This document shows, piece by piece, positions 42,331 to 57,705 of a DNA stretch of 64,000 bases. The stretch is taken from positions 20,584,001-20,648,000 of the forward strand of contig OZ024750.1 in the NCBI GenBank assembly GCA_964016885.1, in the 5' to 3' direction. The notes under the pieces are model-generated. The model saw nothing but the letters and a program-made list of their open reading frames with translations. It was not told the origin of the DNA and did not search any database. The translations under genes were made by a program, and so were the position numbers. Numbering within the stretch: position 1 is the first letter of the stretch; every line of letters begins with the position of its first letter. The DNA is from Eledone cirrhosa. Lineage: Eukaryota.

Positions 42331-44297
42331 TTGCATGCGCAGTATGTTCATGACACTCGGCGTATCTGTGACATTTAAAACGGAGTATCCCCTACCTCTT
42401 CCCAGGTTTGCCCATGAACCAATCCCCACAAAAGTTGGTACAGCGTACGATAGAAATTGATATAGAGAGTTAATGCGAGAATTGATTCCAATAATTTTGT
42501 ACTTTTTTTTTATCGACATAGAAAGTATAAAAAGCCCACTTAATCTAGAAAGGATTTGAAATCAGAGGCCATATACCCGAAACAAATGTTAAGATGTATT
42601 AGTACTCAACGCTTTATGTATTCTGCTTATTCGCCTCCTTGTGTTATACAAAAGCAAGAGTAAAAATGAAGAAATAGAAAGTATGAGACAACCTTTTGTT
42701 AAATCACTCCTTTATCGATTATAACAACTTAACATACTGACATTGTTCCAATTTCCATTAAATTGGTATATGCTTTTTTCTATCCTTATGTATAGCTGCA
42801 TAGTCGTTTCTGTTGTAGTTTATGTATATCAACGCATGGGTTTATGTGTATATCTATCTGCGTAGTTAATAGATATACGCATGTCTATGAGACTGTATAT
42901 GTGTATATATGTATCCGCATCTGTATATGTATCCGCTTAGTTGACTTTATGTGACTGTATGTGTCTACATGCATGTTTATGTATACACATGTTTGCGTGT
43001 GGTTCTGTGTGTACATGTGAATGTATCACTTGTCACGCTGTTGATTTTGTGCACGTATGTATGTGTAAATTGGGGCGTGTATGTATGTGTATATGTAATT
43101 TCATTGTTGGTTCTCCATCAGTGTTTATATATACATGAGTGTGCGGGTGCACATATATCTATATAAGAAGGTCGTTATATGGTATTTATGTGTGTACGCG
43201 TATATGTATAAGTATATGCGTGTGTTGTGTGTGCGTGTGCTCGTATTGGCAGTTGCGTCGTTAAGTTGTTCAAGAGTATATGTTTACACACGTGTATGTA
43301 TACGTATTTCGTTATGTAAATCACTGTAAATATATATGTTTGCACGTATATATATTTGCATATGTGATTCTATGCGAGTGCATATATATGGCTGTGTGCA
43401 TGCGTATGTATCTGTGTCTTCTGTCAGTGATTACACGCCCTTGACATCGCATAATACAATGCATGGCCTAATTTACAACATCCAAGTAAAGATTAGTTTT
43501 CATTTTTTTTCCTCTGCTTCAACCATTCCATGAAGGAGAAAGGAGTGGAATACAATCAGTTATATATATGAAGAAGATTTCAAGTATTGGAAATATAGAC
43601 TCCAGTAAGGATCACAAATAAATTCAAATTTTAATCTTATTATATTTACAGCTACATACTTGACTGGTTACAACAATTGCGATGTATTCCCTTCGTTAGA
43701 TATTATTGTGTCTATATTCGTAATATTCCTCGAAGAAATTGTTCGTTCCCAGTTCTACTTCCAATTTATTTATCTATGTAAACTGTAATAAGAATATAGT
43801 TACTCTCCGTATCATACACAAACACATTCACACAAATATATATCATATATTACTAATATATAGCTTTGTTACTACTCTGGGTTTCGCATATTGCCACTGA
43901 TCACGTAACTAGTAAAGTTTTTTTACAGGTCAGAGTATATATGACAAATATAATGGGCCTGCTAGTATCATGATAAACGAAATCAAATTTGTTTTTCCAA
44001 AAGAAAACAGGTCTTTAGCAAATAGATGTAAAGAAATTCAGAGAAAATATGCGTTATTCATACAAGCATATTACTAACACAGATACAACCTATAAAACCT
44101 ATACATCCACAAATAGACATACATATGTACACGCATAAACAATTGCAAATATATATATAGATATACAAATACATTACTTATAGAGCAACTATACACACAC
44201 TACCTATGTATACACATATATTTCCAGACACACATACTCTCACAAATACAAATAATATCAAACATGCACATATAAACAGAGAAACATCCTTCAATTT

Positions 44298-44422
44298 TTT
44301 CATCGACTGATGAGATTCAATTAAATGTCGGTACGTTTGTGAAATTTCATATATTTAAAATAAATATTTGGCTCCCGGTTACATCATTCAAAGAGTATAC
44401 ATTTGCACCTATATGAAACTAC

Positions 44423-44425
<3 letters not shown>
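44298..44425 (+). mobile_element. TA-terminated element end with degenerate hammerhead
   Basis: tttcatcga CTGATGA gat...gtc GGTA cg TT tgtgaaa; the GAAA box is mutated. Confidence 0.35.
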
Positions 44426-44484
<59 letters not shown>

Positions 44485-44743
44485 CACACACACACATATA
44501 TGTATATATATATACATGTATGGTTTCACTTGATGAGTAATACTAATTAGTACATGTGATAACAATTTTAACATTAAATTATTTTACGTGTTACTTATTA
44601 ATAAGGGGGGGTAATACCCACTGGCATCGACTTGTTTGTATAAAAAAATACAGATGGAAGACTCAATTGGACATAAATAACTGGTAATCTCCCGTTACAC
44701 GTTTCATAAATGATCAGTTCTGAGCCATATACATACATGCATA

Positions 44744-44802
<59 letters not shown>

Positions 44803-44849
44803 GCGGTAACAGATTATTGTTATAGGTAGTCCACTTAAGTGTAGTCCAG

Positions 44850-45170
44850 TTATGGTACTCCGAGTAGTGGATGATATCAACGCTTGGCTATGTTTGACTC
44901 AACAAGGCGTTTCCATAGTGAGGCTGCGAGTACGCTGTCATTTCTATGTTGTAAACACTTGGAGTAATGATAAATCAGGAAAGAAGAGTGACACGGTTTG
45001 CAATACAAAAAAGGTTTTTAATCTCATTGCTGACAATTGTTTCTCTGAAACAAGCTACCCGCTTGTTTTCACGTCATTCGATCACCAATACAAAGTTGTA
45101 ATCAGTCAATTCATCGGAGCTTGTGAGAATGAAAGGAATATACAGGCATGGCTACTATATATAGTAGTAA
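44850..45170 (-). pseudogene. Possible pogo/Tigger-like transposase fossil
   Basis: Minus strand FCIANRVTLL...TP resembles the FC....I.L..LP...TH.LQP segment; very decayed. Confidence 0.2.
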
Positions 45171-45278
45171 TGGTATTCAATCAGAACAATAACAACAATA
45201 CTAACAATGCTAGCAATAAATTATTTGAAATAATCACATCAATCTAGGTGAGAAATATAGTATATCTACGATTTTAGC

Positions 45279-45385
<107 letters not shown>

Positions 45386-45628
45386 GTATGTATATGAAGA
45401 ATGTTGTGCTGATGAGCGGAGATACCATAAAAGGTCTTATAAAAGACGCTTACGTCCGGAAAAAAGACTTTCACCCTCTTAAATTAGAGAGCTGCATCAC
45501 AGCTTTTTAAATATCAGCAAACATCGTGTATGAATAGCTGATATCTCAGTCATTTACGATTTTATGAGGGAATAAATTTAATATAAAGAACGGTGTGCAC
45601 ATGCGCAGAGATTCTATAAATACCATCC

Positions 45629-45684
<56 letters not shown>

Positions 45685-45934
45685 GGATTGTTTTAATAGA
45701 AATGGATTGTAAGTTGAGCCATAGATGTGCTTACTTGTCTTGCAAACAATTCCACCTCACTGTGAAAAGCAAGAAATCTAGTTGAGCTCCCAGCTTATCT
45801 AAATATGGACAGTAAAATGTATCGATCTTATTTCTATAGCTATTGGTAATCTCTAATCTGAGAATGATCTCGCATATTCTAAGCAATGTCTAAATAGTTT
45901 GAATCAAGAGGTATATAAACACACATAAATATAT

Positions 45935-46125
45935 AATTATTCCTACTTTTGGCACAAGGCCGGCAATTATCTTAGTGCATTAATGGTAAGTTATTTTATC
46001 GATCTCGTAAGGCTGAAAGGCAAAGTTAACATCGGCGGTATTTGAACTGAGACCTTAAAGGGCCGTAACTCTTTGCTGCACAACATGGCGTCCGAGCCTC
46101 TACCGATACTGCCAATCCACCGCAG
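45935..46125 (-). mobile_element. Family S SINE
   Basis: ggcacaaggccggcaattatc...taccgatactgccaatccaccgc. Confidence 0.85.
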
Positions 46126-46738
46126 TAAAGCTGATGAGAATCTCTTTGAAATCATAAGGTCCCATATTGAGTTTGGCATCTTCAGAAATGTAATTTACTA
46201 TAATCTTCGTCTCAAACCTATCCGTGTCCATGAATGTGGGTAATAAGACTCACGTTGGAAGCGTCCCGTCGACTGGACATACAATTCAAACCGTAACTAT
46301 TTTCATAAAGATTATTTTCCTATATTGAAAATATATCGCAAAACGAATCCACCTTCATATATTGGGAGGTATGGGATAGGGAGACAGAAATCTGCTAAAT
46401 AGGGCCTCATACATTCATGCCGCGCCGAAATTTTAAGTGAATTCACTGGGTGCTTCAATCCCTCTCCGGCATACATCGTTTGGGGTCATATACTACTGAG
46501 TCGTCATATTTTTATTCAAAACAACGTGACCTACAATTATCTCGATATGAATTTATATCAAATTAAAGGAAAATATTTATGGGATTCGATTTAGCAAACA
46601 TAGTTTTTCTAGTGATTGTACATATCTGTCTTTAAATACTGTTGGCATAGTTTAGCTAAAAATAATCACATGAGTTCTCACAATTTTCACAACTTTTAGT
46701 TATAGTGTATATAGATATATATATATGTGTGTGTGTAA

Positions 46739-46814
<76 letters not shown>

Positions 46815-47340
46815 AAGTATATATATATATAATGTATGTATGTATATATGTATATATGCATGTATGTATGTATGTATGTCCGGGAGAGATGACCCCTTAG
46901 CCTTTGTCAAGGCAGTATTCTAGGAGAAAGAAAACTGATATTACACCTACAACCCTGATGGTATCCAATGATGTTGACTTTGTGGTAAATATCGTCTTGG
47001 TTAAGAGAGTGGAATAGGCTTTGTCCAGTGCCTTTTCTCACTATAAAAGCTTCACGGCACAGGCATTGCTTTATATCTGGAGATCTCTCTGCACTTGTCG
47101 TCACATTGTACCATGGGCCCACCACTATGTGTCAGTAATTGTCACAAGTGTAGTGTTTGTACCAGAGTTTTCAAGTCGCTGGCTGGACTAAAAAGTCACA
47201 CTCCTTCAGCGCATCGGTAGGGGTTCTCCTACATGGATATAAAGTAGTGGCCGTACTCGAAAACGAGTTGGCAGCCACAATGTATATATGTATGGGTATA
47301 TATATATAAGTATATATATATATATATATATAATAATAAA

Positions 47341-47640
47341 TTTGAAGACTAAAATCCAAAGAGGGCTCGAAAAGGATAAATATATATCAAATATATAAGA
47401 ACCGTAGAGCAAATATTTATTAAAATAACAGATTAAAGTTTAAGCAAAGAATCGCTGCTTTCATCCTTAACGGGATCTTCTGAAACTAAAAAATCAATCT
47501 GTGAACGCATTGGGTTGCAATGTTTTTCGAAATATTTACTTCTGGGTTCACAGATTGATTTTTTTAGTTTCAGAAGATCCCGTTAAAGGTGAAAGCAGCG
47601 ATTATTTGCGTAACTTTAATATGTTATTTTAATAAATATA
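47341..47640. mobile_element. Family A fold-back element with 39-nt spacer
   Basis: ...gatcttctgaaactaaaaaatcaatctgtgaac [47507-47545] gttcacagattgattttttagtttcagaagatcc... Confidence 0.85.
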
Positions 47641-47799
47641 TATATTTATATATATATATGTATGTATGTATATATGTATGTATATATATGTATATATACA
47701 TATATATATGTATATATATATATATATGTTTATATATATATGTATGCATGTATATATATATATATGTATATTTATATATATGTATATTTATATATATAT

Positions 47800-47970
47800 G
47801 TATAATTATATATGTATATTTATATATATATATATGTATAATTATATATGTATATTTATATATATATATATATATTTATATATATGTATATTTATATATA
47901 TATATATGTATATTTATATATATATATGTATATTTATATATATAAATGTATGTTTTATATATATAAATGT

Positions 47971-48015
<45 letters not shown>

Positions 48016-48110
48016 ACATATATATATAAATATAGATATACTTATACCTAACTCGTCCCATGGACTGAGTGCTCTACCACTACGGATATTACCTTCCAGT
48101 GTTCTACCAC

Positions 48111-48146
<36 letters not shown>

Positions 48147-48338
48147 GTGGTAGAACACTGGAAGGTAATATCCGTAGTGGTAGAGCACTCAGTCCATGGG
48201 ACGAGTTAGGTATAAGTATATCTATATTTATATATATATGTATACATATATATATATATATATAAAACATACATTTATATATATAAAACATACATTTATA
48301 TATATAAATATACATATATATATATAAATATACATATT

Positions 48339-48376
<38 letters not shown>

Positions 48377-48457
48377 AATATACATATATATAAATATACA
48401 TATATATATATATAAATATACCTTTACAATTATACATATATATATATATAAATATAC

Positions 48458-48460
<3 letters not shown>
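47800..48460. repeat. Large inverted duplication centred on a TA tract (48111-48146), containing two inverted family G tails
   Basis: 48038-48110 and 48147-48219 are reverse complements; flanking variant units (aaatgtatgtttt x2 / aaaacatacattt x2) are mirrored too. Confidence 0.9.
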
Positions 48461-48492
<32 letters not shown>

Positions 48493-48629
48493 TCGAATGT
48501 AACCATATAATAAATATATTAACAGAGAAGGATTGACAGTGAAATGAACTCTCTTCTCTGATGAACATGTATGTGAAAATTAATTTTCCCTCCCCTTTTT
48601 ATTATTATTATTATTATCCCTATTTCACG

Positions 48630-48752
48630 CATTCTCAGTTCAAATCCCGCCGAAGTTAACTTTGCCTTTCATCCTTACGGGGTCGATAAAATAAAGTACC
48701 AGTAACACACTGGTGAATTGCTGGCCTTGTGCCCAATGTAGACACAATTATT
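48630..48752 (+). mobile_element. Family S SINE, 5'-truncated
   Basis: agttcaaatcccgccgaagttaactttgcctttcatccttacggggtcgataaaataaagtaccag. Confidence 0.85.
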
Positions 48753-48915
48753 ATCACTATTTGTAGAAATTTGCAACTTAACTTTATTTTGCGTATCCGC
48801 AATTGATAATCCATGTATTGCACTGGGATTGTAGATGAATGAACTATTTCATATTCCACTGAAAGAATCTCTTCAATATTTTCTACTGAAAAAATATTTT
48901 TCCTTTGCACTATTT

Positions 48916-49015
<100 letters not shown>

Positions 49016-49714
49016 GGTGTGTGTGTATTCAGATTGTAAACTAATTACAGACGAATGTTAATTCGTACTTGTACAACTGATACTCAAACATACAGATTCT
49101 CTAGCATATCATTTATCCGAAAATTTTACAGGCGATCGAAAGATGACATAGTTCATCTAATTAATATGCGTGAATATTAATGACAAATCTTAGTATGCCA
49201 GTTTATGTCTCTTTTAGAAAAACAACCAAATACGCAAATTTACTAAGTATATATTCAAATCTTAAATATGTAAATTCGCCACAATCACTTTCCAAGTTTT
49301 GATCTGGCTGACATTTCTCAATAACCTGTTTTATGTTTTACGATGATTGAATAGAATTATATTATCATATCTGACAATAGTAAATATATTCATATGAATA
49401 TGGTTTGTTTATTTTGTGGCACAAAAATACTTATATATATACACTGATCATTCGTTCTTCGGATTTCTTGCAATGTGTTACTGCTGCTTAGGACTGAACT
49501 GATGCATATTCTAAACTCGACATCTAGATCAGATATAGATCTCGAAATGATGTAAACTTATATCAATTCAATAACATTCGTGTCGTCAAAACTTATATTT
49601 ATGTGAAAATCAGACGTTCCGACTTCCGATATGCAATTCTAACAATGGTGAAGGAGGCAAAATAATGTAATATTCTCTCGCATGCATGATATAGGTTTAG
49701 AACCATATGTGGGT

Positions 49715-50052
49715 GCTGTGAAAGCGCTGGGCGTAGTACATAGGGAATTGGACTGATGATCGTAAGATCATTAGTTCGATTTCAGGAACATACAACACGG
49801 TCTGACCGTCAGCAAGTTAATTTATTTTCATTTGCTGACGTCCATTCAGCAGATAAAAATGAGATGTACAAATAATTTCAAGAGTTTACCTTGTCGTATA
49901 CCATGTCAATCTGAATCGCCACAAGATCTATGTATAGAGTACAATTACTGTGGAATGCACAGCAACTTTCACATTAATTTCACGAGCAAGTCATTCCGTT
50001 AATGAAATAACTGGATCACACGTCAACGGGACCGCTGAATCTCTAACAACAA
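49715..50052 (+). mobile_element. Second, longer tRNA-derived SINE family (diverged); related tails near 6400-6470 (-), 15390-15470 (+) and 27548-27595 (-)
   Basis: B-box-like agttcgatttc; tail ttaatttcacgagcaagtcattccgttaatgaaataactgga ending in aacaacaa. Confidence 0.55.
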
Positions 50053-50144
50053 ATATAATATCTATTTAATATTTGAATTTCACTTCGTTCACGACTAATT
50101 AATCCCAAATGTAGAAACAATTATTAAAATTTCAAATAAAGTGT

Positions 50145-50360
50145 CTGGTTGGCAGTATCAGTATCGGTAATGGGTCGGACAACAAGCTCTGTAGCATATA
50201 TTTATGGTCGTTTACGTTCTGAGTGCAAGTTCCGATGAAATTATCTTTGCTTTTCAACCTTACGATAAAATAAAGTACCAATAAAGCACTAGAGTCGATT
50301 TAAACGACTTGCCCTTCACATTAAATCGCTGGCCTTGTGTCAAATTTAGAAACAATTATT
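50145..50360 (+). mobile_element. Older family S SINE
   Basis: ttggcagtatc...cgataaaataaagtacca...gctggccttgtgtcaaatttagaaacaattatt. Confidence 0.8.
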
Positions 50361-50777
50361 AAACCTTTCATGGTAAGAAAAAATAGTTCAATATCACAAA
50401 ACTATTCTTCCTTTCGTTTTTTCTTCTATTTTGATAAAAGGTTGAAACATGTCTTTCCTTTTATTTTCATATAAGGAAAATATTTACGCAATGTTTACAT
50501 CTGTAGCCATATATTCTTCTGAGGCACTGGTTTTCTTTTCTCACCTTCCTATCAGATTTCACCCCCCCCCCCCTTCTGTCTCTCTATCTCTCCCTCTCTC
50601 TTTCTCTCTCTCTCCCTCTCTCGCTCTCTATCTATCTCTATCTATCTATCTATCTATCTCTCTCTCTCTATTTATCTATATATCTATCTATCTTTCTCTT
50701 TCTTTTTCTCTCTCTCTCTCTTCCTCTTTCCCTCTCATGCACATACGCACGCACGCACACACACACTCACACACGCA

Positions 50778-50888
<111 letters not shown>

Positions 50889-51379
50889 AAACATCCATAA
50901 CATCCATATACATGGATACATACAACCTTCAATACTCACTAAATAGATAAATATATGTATATATGCATATATACATATATAGTAAAACCTACCACATGTA
51001 CTCACACATATATTCATGTTCTGAAATTGTAACTTTATAATGCTACGATATTAAATTGCTTTCGATTAAAAAGAGATAATCCGCTTTATTGAGGCAATCA
51101 AGAACTAATTACAGTCATTTGATAGCTTCCTTGCTTCGTTTATTTATGTATTTCATATATTTTATATTGCTTTTTCTTTCTTCATATATTATATGTTTAT
51201 ATTCTGCTTCTAACGTTCGTGTTGAAGTCCTTCCTCATCTAATGAAGTTTACTTTTCTACTCAGGGGAAATTATTCATGAAATGTTATTAAATTCTTACA
51301 TTCTTATATTCATTAAAAGTACATTTTAAAAAGAGACCCACGAGCAGTACTACATTATAATGTGGTTTCGTGCTAAATG

Positions 51380-51413
<34 letters not shown>

Positions 51414-51640
51414 ATGTGTGTGTGTGTGGGGGGGGGGTATGTTTCTGTGTGTGTGTGAGTGTGTGCGTGCGTGCGTGTGTGTAAAAACAGTATTGTATTA
51501 TGAATACTATATCCGTTACATGTCTGAGCATGTCCAACAATCCAGGGGGCGGAGTGATCACTGGAAACAATATGGAACCAATATTCTGTAAGTCAATATA
51601 ATTCACTCAGAATTAACAATGTTACAATTCCAATAATAAT

Positions 51641-51831
51641 TGTTTCTACTGTTGGCACAAGGCCAGCAATTACCCAGTACAGTACTGGTACTTTATTTTA
51701 TCGACCACCTAAGGATGAAAGGAAAAGTTAACATCGGCGGGATTTGAACTCAGAATGGAAAGGGTTGTAACTCTATGCTTCAAAGCATGTTGTCCGACTC
51801 TCAACTGATACTGCCAATCCACTGCCCTTTC
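51641..51831 (-). mobile_element. Full-length family S SINE with 16-bp TSD
   Basis: TSD caattccaataataat at 51625-51640 and 51832-51847. Confidence 0.9.
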
Positions 51832-52888
51832 CAATTCCAATAATAATAACACTTATAATATAATATATTTACAATAGATATAGTTTAATGCAGCATATAA
51901 ATCCATGAAATGTTTAAGAATTCGAATGACAATATGTCAGATGAGGCAGTGTGTCGTTCTTAGTTATTTCTGAATCACTGTGTAGTAGATCTGTGATGCC
52001 TTAAACACATAAGGTATGTTTCTGAATACTGTAAGAAATATATCATTTATCGCATTTATGCTCTGAATGTTGTACGCCGAACACACTTGCCACTGAATCT
52101 TGTCCATTGATTTGAACAACAATGCTGCCGATATTTATGAAAGAATAGCGTAAAATATACGTCTAGAGTTTCCATCTACCAAAGTAACAGGGAAGGACGA
52201 AAGCAGTGGAATTGGTCTTCATCTGCAGTTCAAATATCATAACAACTGATACGTCGGTTACAAGCGTTTTTTTTTTATTTTCTTCTGACACTACAGGATA
52301 GGTCCTGTACGTTCGATAAGATGGTCGTCGATTAGCGGAAAAGTTTGGTGAGCACCTTTGTTATATCTGTCTCAGAAACCAGTCTCTGGTCACCCATTAT
52401 CTTATCTAAGCTCCGATGGACATTCTACCAATCAGCTCACAGATTTCGGCCTCGCTGCTTGCTCCTAACTGATTCACACCCCATGAGAGAATATCACGCC
52501 CCATTTCTCTTAAAGATATTACTGGAATCGGCCTAAATGCACAGCTGAGCTACTTTCACACCAACTTTCAACCACTATCCCCACCTATCACTATATTACT
52601 ACTTACACCAACACTGCCAATCACATAGGCACATAAATACTGTAACACATAGATACACACAAATACAAACTTTGACACATCAAATTTATTAGTTATACCA
52701 ACATCATCCTAGACATAAAAACACAATTAATTTTACAAACAGGATTAATTAATTAATTAATTAACTGTACTGATTCGACCTACTAAGTATACTATCATAG
52801 CCATTAAACAAGACCATCGCGACTAAAACCTAAAAAACACTAACACATCTATACTAACGCAACAGACGAATTAAACTTTCTACTTCTT

Positions 52889-53006
<118 letters not shown>

Positions 53007-53650
53007 GTATCTAATGCCTAAGTAGTCACCCTAGTTATAAATATAACCAATGTTGCTTTGGCTGTTTATGATATACCATCCGATTTATATTTTATACATA
53101 ACATTAGTAAATTTCTTTACTCCAAGAATGATGAGAAATGTAAATAATCCCCTAAACATCTTGATGTGCTATGTGATATCTTGTGACATATATTCACCAT
53201 TTCCTTTTATGGCATTTTAAATGCTTTTCTTCCCCGCTCTTTATTTCACGTACACATAATAATATTAAAGCATAATAGTGACTACAAAGTATTTAAATTC
53301 GTATTAAGATCATTAAAATTAGTATTAAGACCATATGACAAATGTACATTTAATATGGCTGTAAAGCGTGAAAACAAATAAAAAGTAAAAATTCGAATGA
53401 AATCACGAAATAGTATATTTAATAACTTTATTGCTTATTTTCTATATCGATATTTTTCAAGTGATTTTCTTTTTTATTGATCTACGATTTTAATTTAACT
53501 TTATTAATAAATATTTGGAACTTGTGTTAAACAAAATTACACAACTGGAACTGTATTAATTGCATTTTTTATGACTCCTATTTGGAGCGAATATTAGGAA
53601 TTTATATTATTCATATCAATAAGAAGGATATTAACAAATAGACTTGACTG

Positions 53651-54170
53651 AGTGGTTAATTTGATCGCTGGTCAACCATTAGGTCTCTGGTTCTATTCGA
53701 ACTCGTGTTATCTTGGTGAAGAGTCTCTATATCAATCTTGGTTTGATCGAAACTTGTGAGTGAAACTGGGAAGACAGAGCGAGATTGTAGAAGTTCGTCA
53801 GATGGATTGTACCTGTAATTCAAATATTCACTAATATCACATATTGTCATGCTCAATCTTCTTGTGAATTATGTTAAGCCTTTATATGTATGTAGAATAC
53901 TCAACCACGTTAATTCCTGAATTCGCTATAAGTTTAAATATCAATGACAAAACATCCCATCATTGGGTGGGTGCATAGTTTGCTATTAATGGCGAAACTA
54001 CAGTTAAATCAACAGTGGTTAATTTGATCGCTGGTCAACCATTAAGTCTCTGGTTCTATTCGAATTCGTGTTATCTTGGCGAAGAGACTCTATATCAATC
54101 TTGGTTTGATCGAAACTTGTGAGTAAAACTGGGAAGGCAGAGCGAGATTGTAGAAGCTGGTCAGATGGAT
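53651..54170 (+). repeat. 157-bp direct repeat pair with 363-bp period
   Basis: agtggttaatttgatcgctggtcaaccatt...gtcagatggat at 53651-53807 and 54014-54170, with a few substitutions. Confidence 0.92.
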
Positions 54171-54444
54171 ACTGATGGATACTTCATGTCAATACTGAAA
54201 TGCTGAGCAGAAGAAACTCGAGTCAACTGTCACGATTAAAGGATTTCATTAAGTGTAAGTCTGGAAATGCACTGGCATGAAGCACATGATGCACTATCAA
54301 TGGACAAAAGGAACTGGTTATGTTGAGATACGTTAGAAACACTCGGGTAAGAACCCTCATACAATTGTATAAACGTGTTATTGGAAATATGAGTGAAAAG
54401 ATGTAATAGGTATGTCATTGCAAAGATATGTCTCACATGACATT

Positions 54445-54622
54445 AGTATCGGTAGAGGGTCGGACGCCATGCTTTCCAGCATAGTTATGTCCCTTTACGG
54501 TCTGAGTTCAAATCCCGTCGAGGTTAACTTTGCCTTTCATTCTTACGGGGACGATAAAATAAAGTACCAGACATGTACTGGGTAATTTGCTGGCCTTGTA
54601 CCAAAAGTAGAAATAATTATTA
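54445..54622 (+). mobile_element. Family S SINE
   Basis: agtatcggtagagggtcggacgccatgc...gagttcaaatccc...aaagtagaaataattatt. Confidence 0.88.
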
Positions 54623-56099
54623 AGATGGGTGTTATTGGAAATACTCCCCTGAAATACATTAAATGATGTGAAATTCAGCTGAAATTCAGCTAACCGTTCA
54701 GCTTTATATGTAACGACAAATCTTGCTCCTAATCTGCTTACCATTACAAAAATGAAATGGTCGACGTCACAATAACGCCCACTAATACAAACAAAAAAAT
54801 ATTACTTAAACTTTAACTATTTGTCATTCTCATGCGATTCGTTTTACTAAGGATAAATATATGTGTGTATATGTGTGTGGAATGTATGCTGTGTACGCGT
54901 ATGTGTGTATGTGCATGTTTGTGTGTATCACAAACCTATCTATCCATAATGAACATAGCACGTTTGTCTCCTTTAAATCATGATATATGAAGACAAATCG
55001 TTTTTCACTATCGAATGTCGTATATTCGTATATTAGTATATTCAGCCGCGTATATTTATTTTATTTTATTTAAGATTTTCTGTTTTTAATCTGACTCATT
55101 TCAGCTAATAATTGGTAGATTTATTTTATTTGGCGACAACTAAACTTTTAGACATTAAAACAGATATATAATTTCCCACTAAAAAAACATGTATTTAAAT
55201 ATACTCAATTAATTTTCAAACCATTCTTCATTTCAATGAATTTTGGTAAGATATATCTTCGTTACTCAAAATAAATAGTCAGCAGGATTAAATTTCAGAA
55301 AACATTATTTAAAGTTTAAAACAAGCTCTGACATCCGACCAATGTAAAAGATCAATATTTAAAGCAATATATTGCAGTGAATGTTACGATCAATGAAATG
55401 CTAGGGGAATTATGTTGTGGGGTTTAGTGTATTTTGCATATAAAATATCTTCGGGTTTTATATTCCGCAAAATCCAGTATTATCCCTATAGGTGAGGAGA
55501 TGACATTGTGTTTGGCATCAATATTTTTTTTATCCGTCTTAAGTTAAGTAATACGCGCCACCGTGCACTTAATTGCTCTTACCTGGCATTTAATCATTTT
55601 TACCGGGCATTTAGTCGTTCATACCAGGCAATTAATTGCTCTGACTTGGCATGTAATCGATCTGATATTTGTGAATGTGTAAACAAATCTAAAAAGGATG
55701 TTTTAATAAACTATATAATTATTTATTAAGAAATAATCAAAGTGTAGTGCAAATCTCAATAATAATCAGCCAGAAATCAATTATTGCAAGTGAAAGGGCC
55801 AGCCTTAGGTAGACGCGCTCCATCATCCACTTTTCTAAAAAAAGTATATCATAGATAAAACGCCAGCATATCCAAAATATAGCAACATGAATTGATCTGT
55901 TATTTTCCGATTCAGTCCCACCTGTCCCGTCAATCTTCCTGATTTCTCACTATTTCTTCCGATGAAGTACTAGTGTCCGAAACTTTAAAACCCTCTACCT
56001 GCTATTTCAAGCAAAACCTAATATATTGCTTCCATATAATGTGCCGATTGTGTTGTTATTTCTGTTTACCTTTTACATACAGCATACATGCAGACACAT

Positions 56100-56210
<111 letters not shown>

Positions 56211-56534
56211 CATAGTTCTTCAGCATGGCCCGTATGAATAGGCCTACTCTGAGCATCGGCTTGCAGGCTGTATAATTTGAGTAAGAGGGGTGCCCGTCCC
56301 GTGTGCCCTCGAATCGTCGGGTGGCTCAGGATTGGTGGGATACCTGGGTGGTTCACCCCCTATCGTAGAATGTATTATGTTATATTTTTGTATATTTTAT
56401 TTTTATTGGTAATTGTGTTTGCTATTTTTACTCGATTTTATTGGAAAATCCCCTTGCCCCAACATTTGTATTGTCCACTATATGACAGCGGTTTTGGCCA
56501 ATAAATGAAACCATTATTATTATTATTGAGATCG

Positions 56535-57190
56535 AAGGATTGGCAGTATCGGTAAAGTTGAACAGCGTGATTTGCAGTACATAGTTGCGACCGTTTATGT
56601 TCTCATTACAAATCACGCCGGGTTTAGCTTTGTTTTTCATCCTTACGCTGTCGATAAAATAAAGTGTCAGTAACGTAATGGGGTCAATTTAATGACATTC
56701 ACTCTCCATCAAATAGCTGACCTTGTGCCTAAGGTAGAAACAATAACTATTATTATATCGGTAGAGCGTCAGACACCAGGCTTTTCAGCAAAGAGTTATG
56801 GACCTTTATGTTCTGAGTTCAAATCCCGCCGAGGTTAATTTTACCTTACATTTTTACGTGGTCGGTAAAATAAAGCACCAGTAAGTACTTGGGTCGGTTT
56901 AATCGACTTTCAACCAAAAATATTTCTGACCCCGTGGCTATAGTAGAAATCATTGTTATATACGATAATTTGACGAGCTCGCTGTTGTGTTGCTCGAATA
57001 GGTGGAAGACTTGGAGCCGCAGCCGATGAAAGTCCAGCAACACTATTATCATATTTTATATCATTTTGAAAATGTTCCAGGTGGTCTTTCTTTCTATATA
57101 TAAGTTTCTACTTTTGGCACAAGGCCAGAAATTACCCAGTACATTATTAGTACTTTATTTCATCGACCCCGTAAGGATGAAAGGCTAGGT
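56535..57190. mobile_element. Cluster of family S SINEs (56535-56750 +, 56755-56955 +, 57103-57190 -)
   Basis: Consensus SINE blocks recognisable in each. Confidence 0.8.
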
Positions 57191-57359
57191 TCGTTTGTGT
57201 ATAAGCATGTTACCCATCTCTCTCTAACGGCTTTCCCCCCTCTATTTATATATCTATGTGTTTGGATGTCGTTTGTGTATGTGTATATGTATGTATTTGA
57301 TTATGTATGTTTAATAAATATTTATTTACATTTGTCTATGTGTTTCTTCTTGTGTATGT

Positions 57360-57705
57360 GCATGTGTTTGTTTCTGGAAGAATGTGTGTTTGTTTATGTG
57401 TGTATGTGAGTGTAGGTGCGTTTGTGCCTGTGTTTGTTTCTGTAAGAATGTGTGTTTGTTTATGTGAGTGTAGGTGCGTTTGTGCCTGTGTTTGTTTCTG
57501 TAAGAATGTGTGTTTGTTTATGTGTGTATGTGAGTGTAGGTGCGTTTGTGCCTGTGTTTGTTTCTGTAAGAATGTGTGTTTATTTATGTGTGTATGTGAG
57601 TGTAGGTGCTTTTGTGCCTGTGTTTGTTTCTGTAAGAATGTGTGTTTATTTATGTGTGTATGTGAGTGCAGGTGCGTTTGTGCCTGTGTTGGTTTCTCTA
57701 AGTTT
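57360..57705. repeat. 66-bp minisatellite, about 5 units (one unit is 58 bp)
   Basis: gaatgtgtgtttgtttatgtgtgtatgtgagtgtaggtgcgtttgtgcctgtgtttgtttctgtaa starts at 57380, 57446, 57504, 57570, 57636. Confidence 0.92.
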
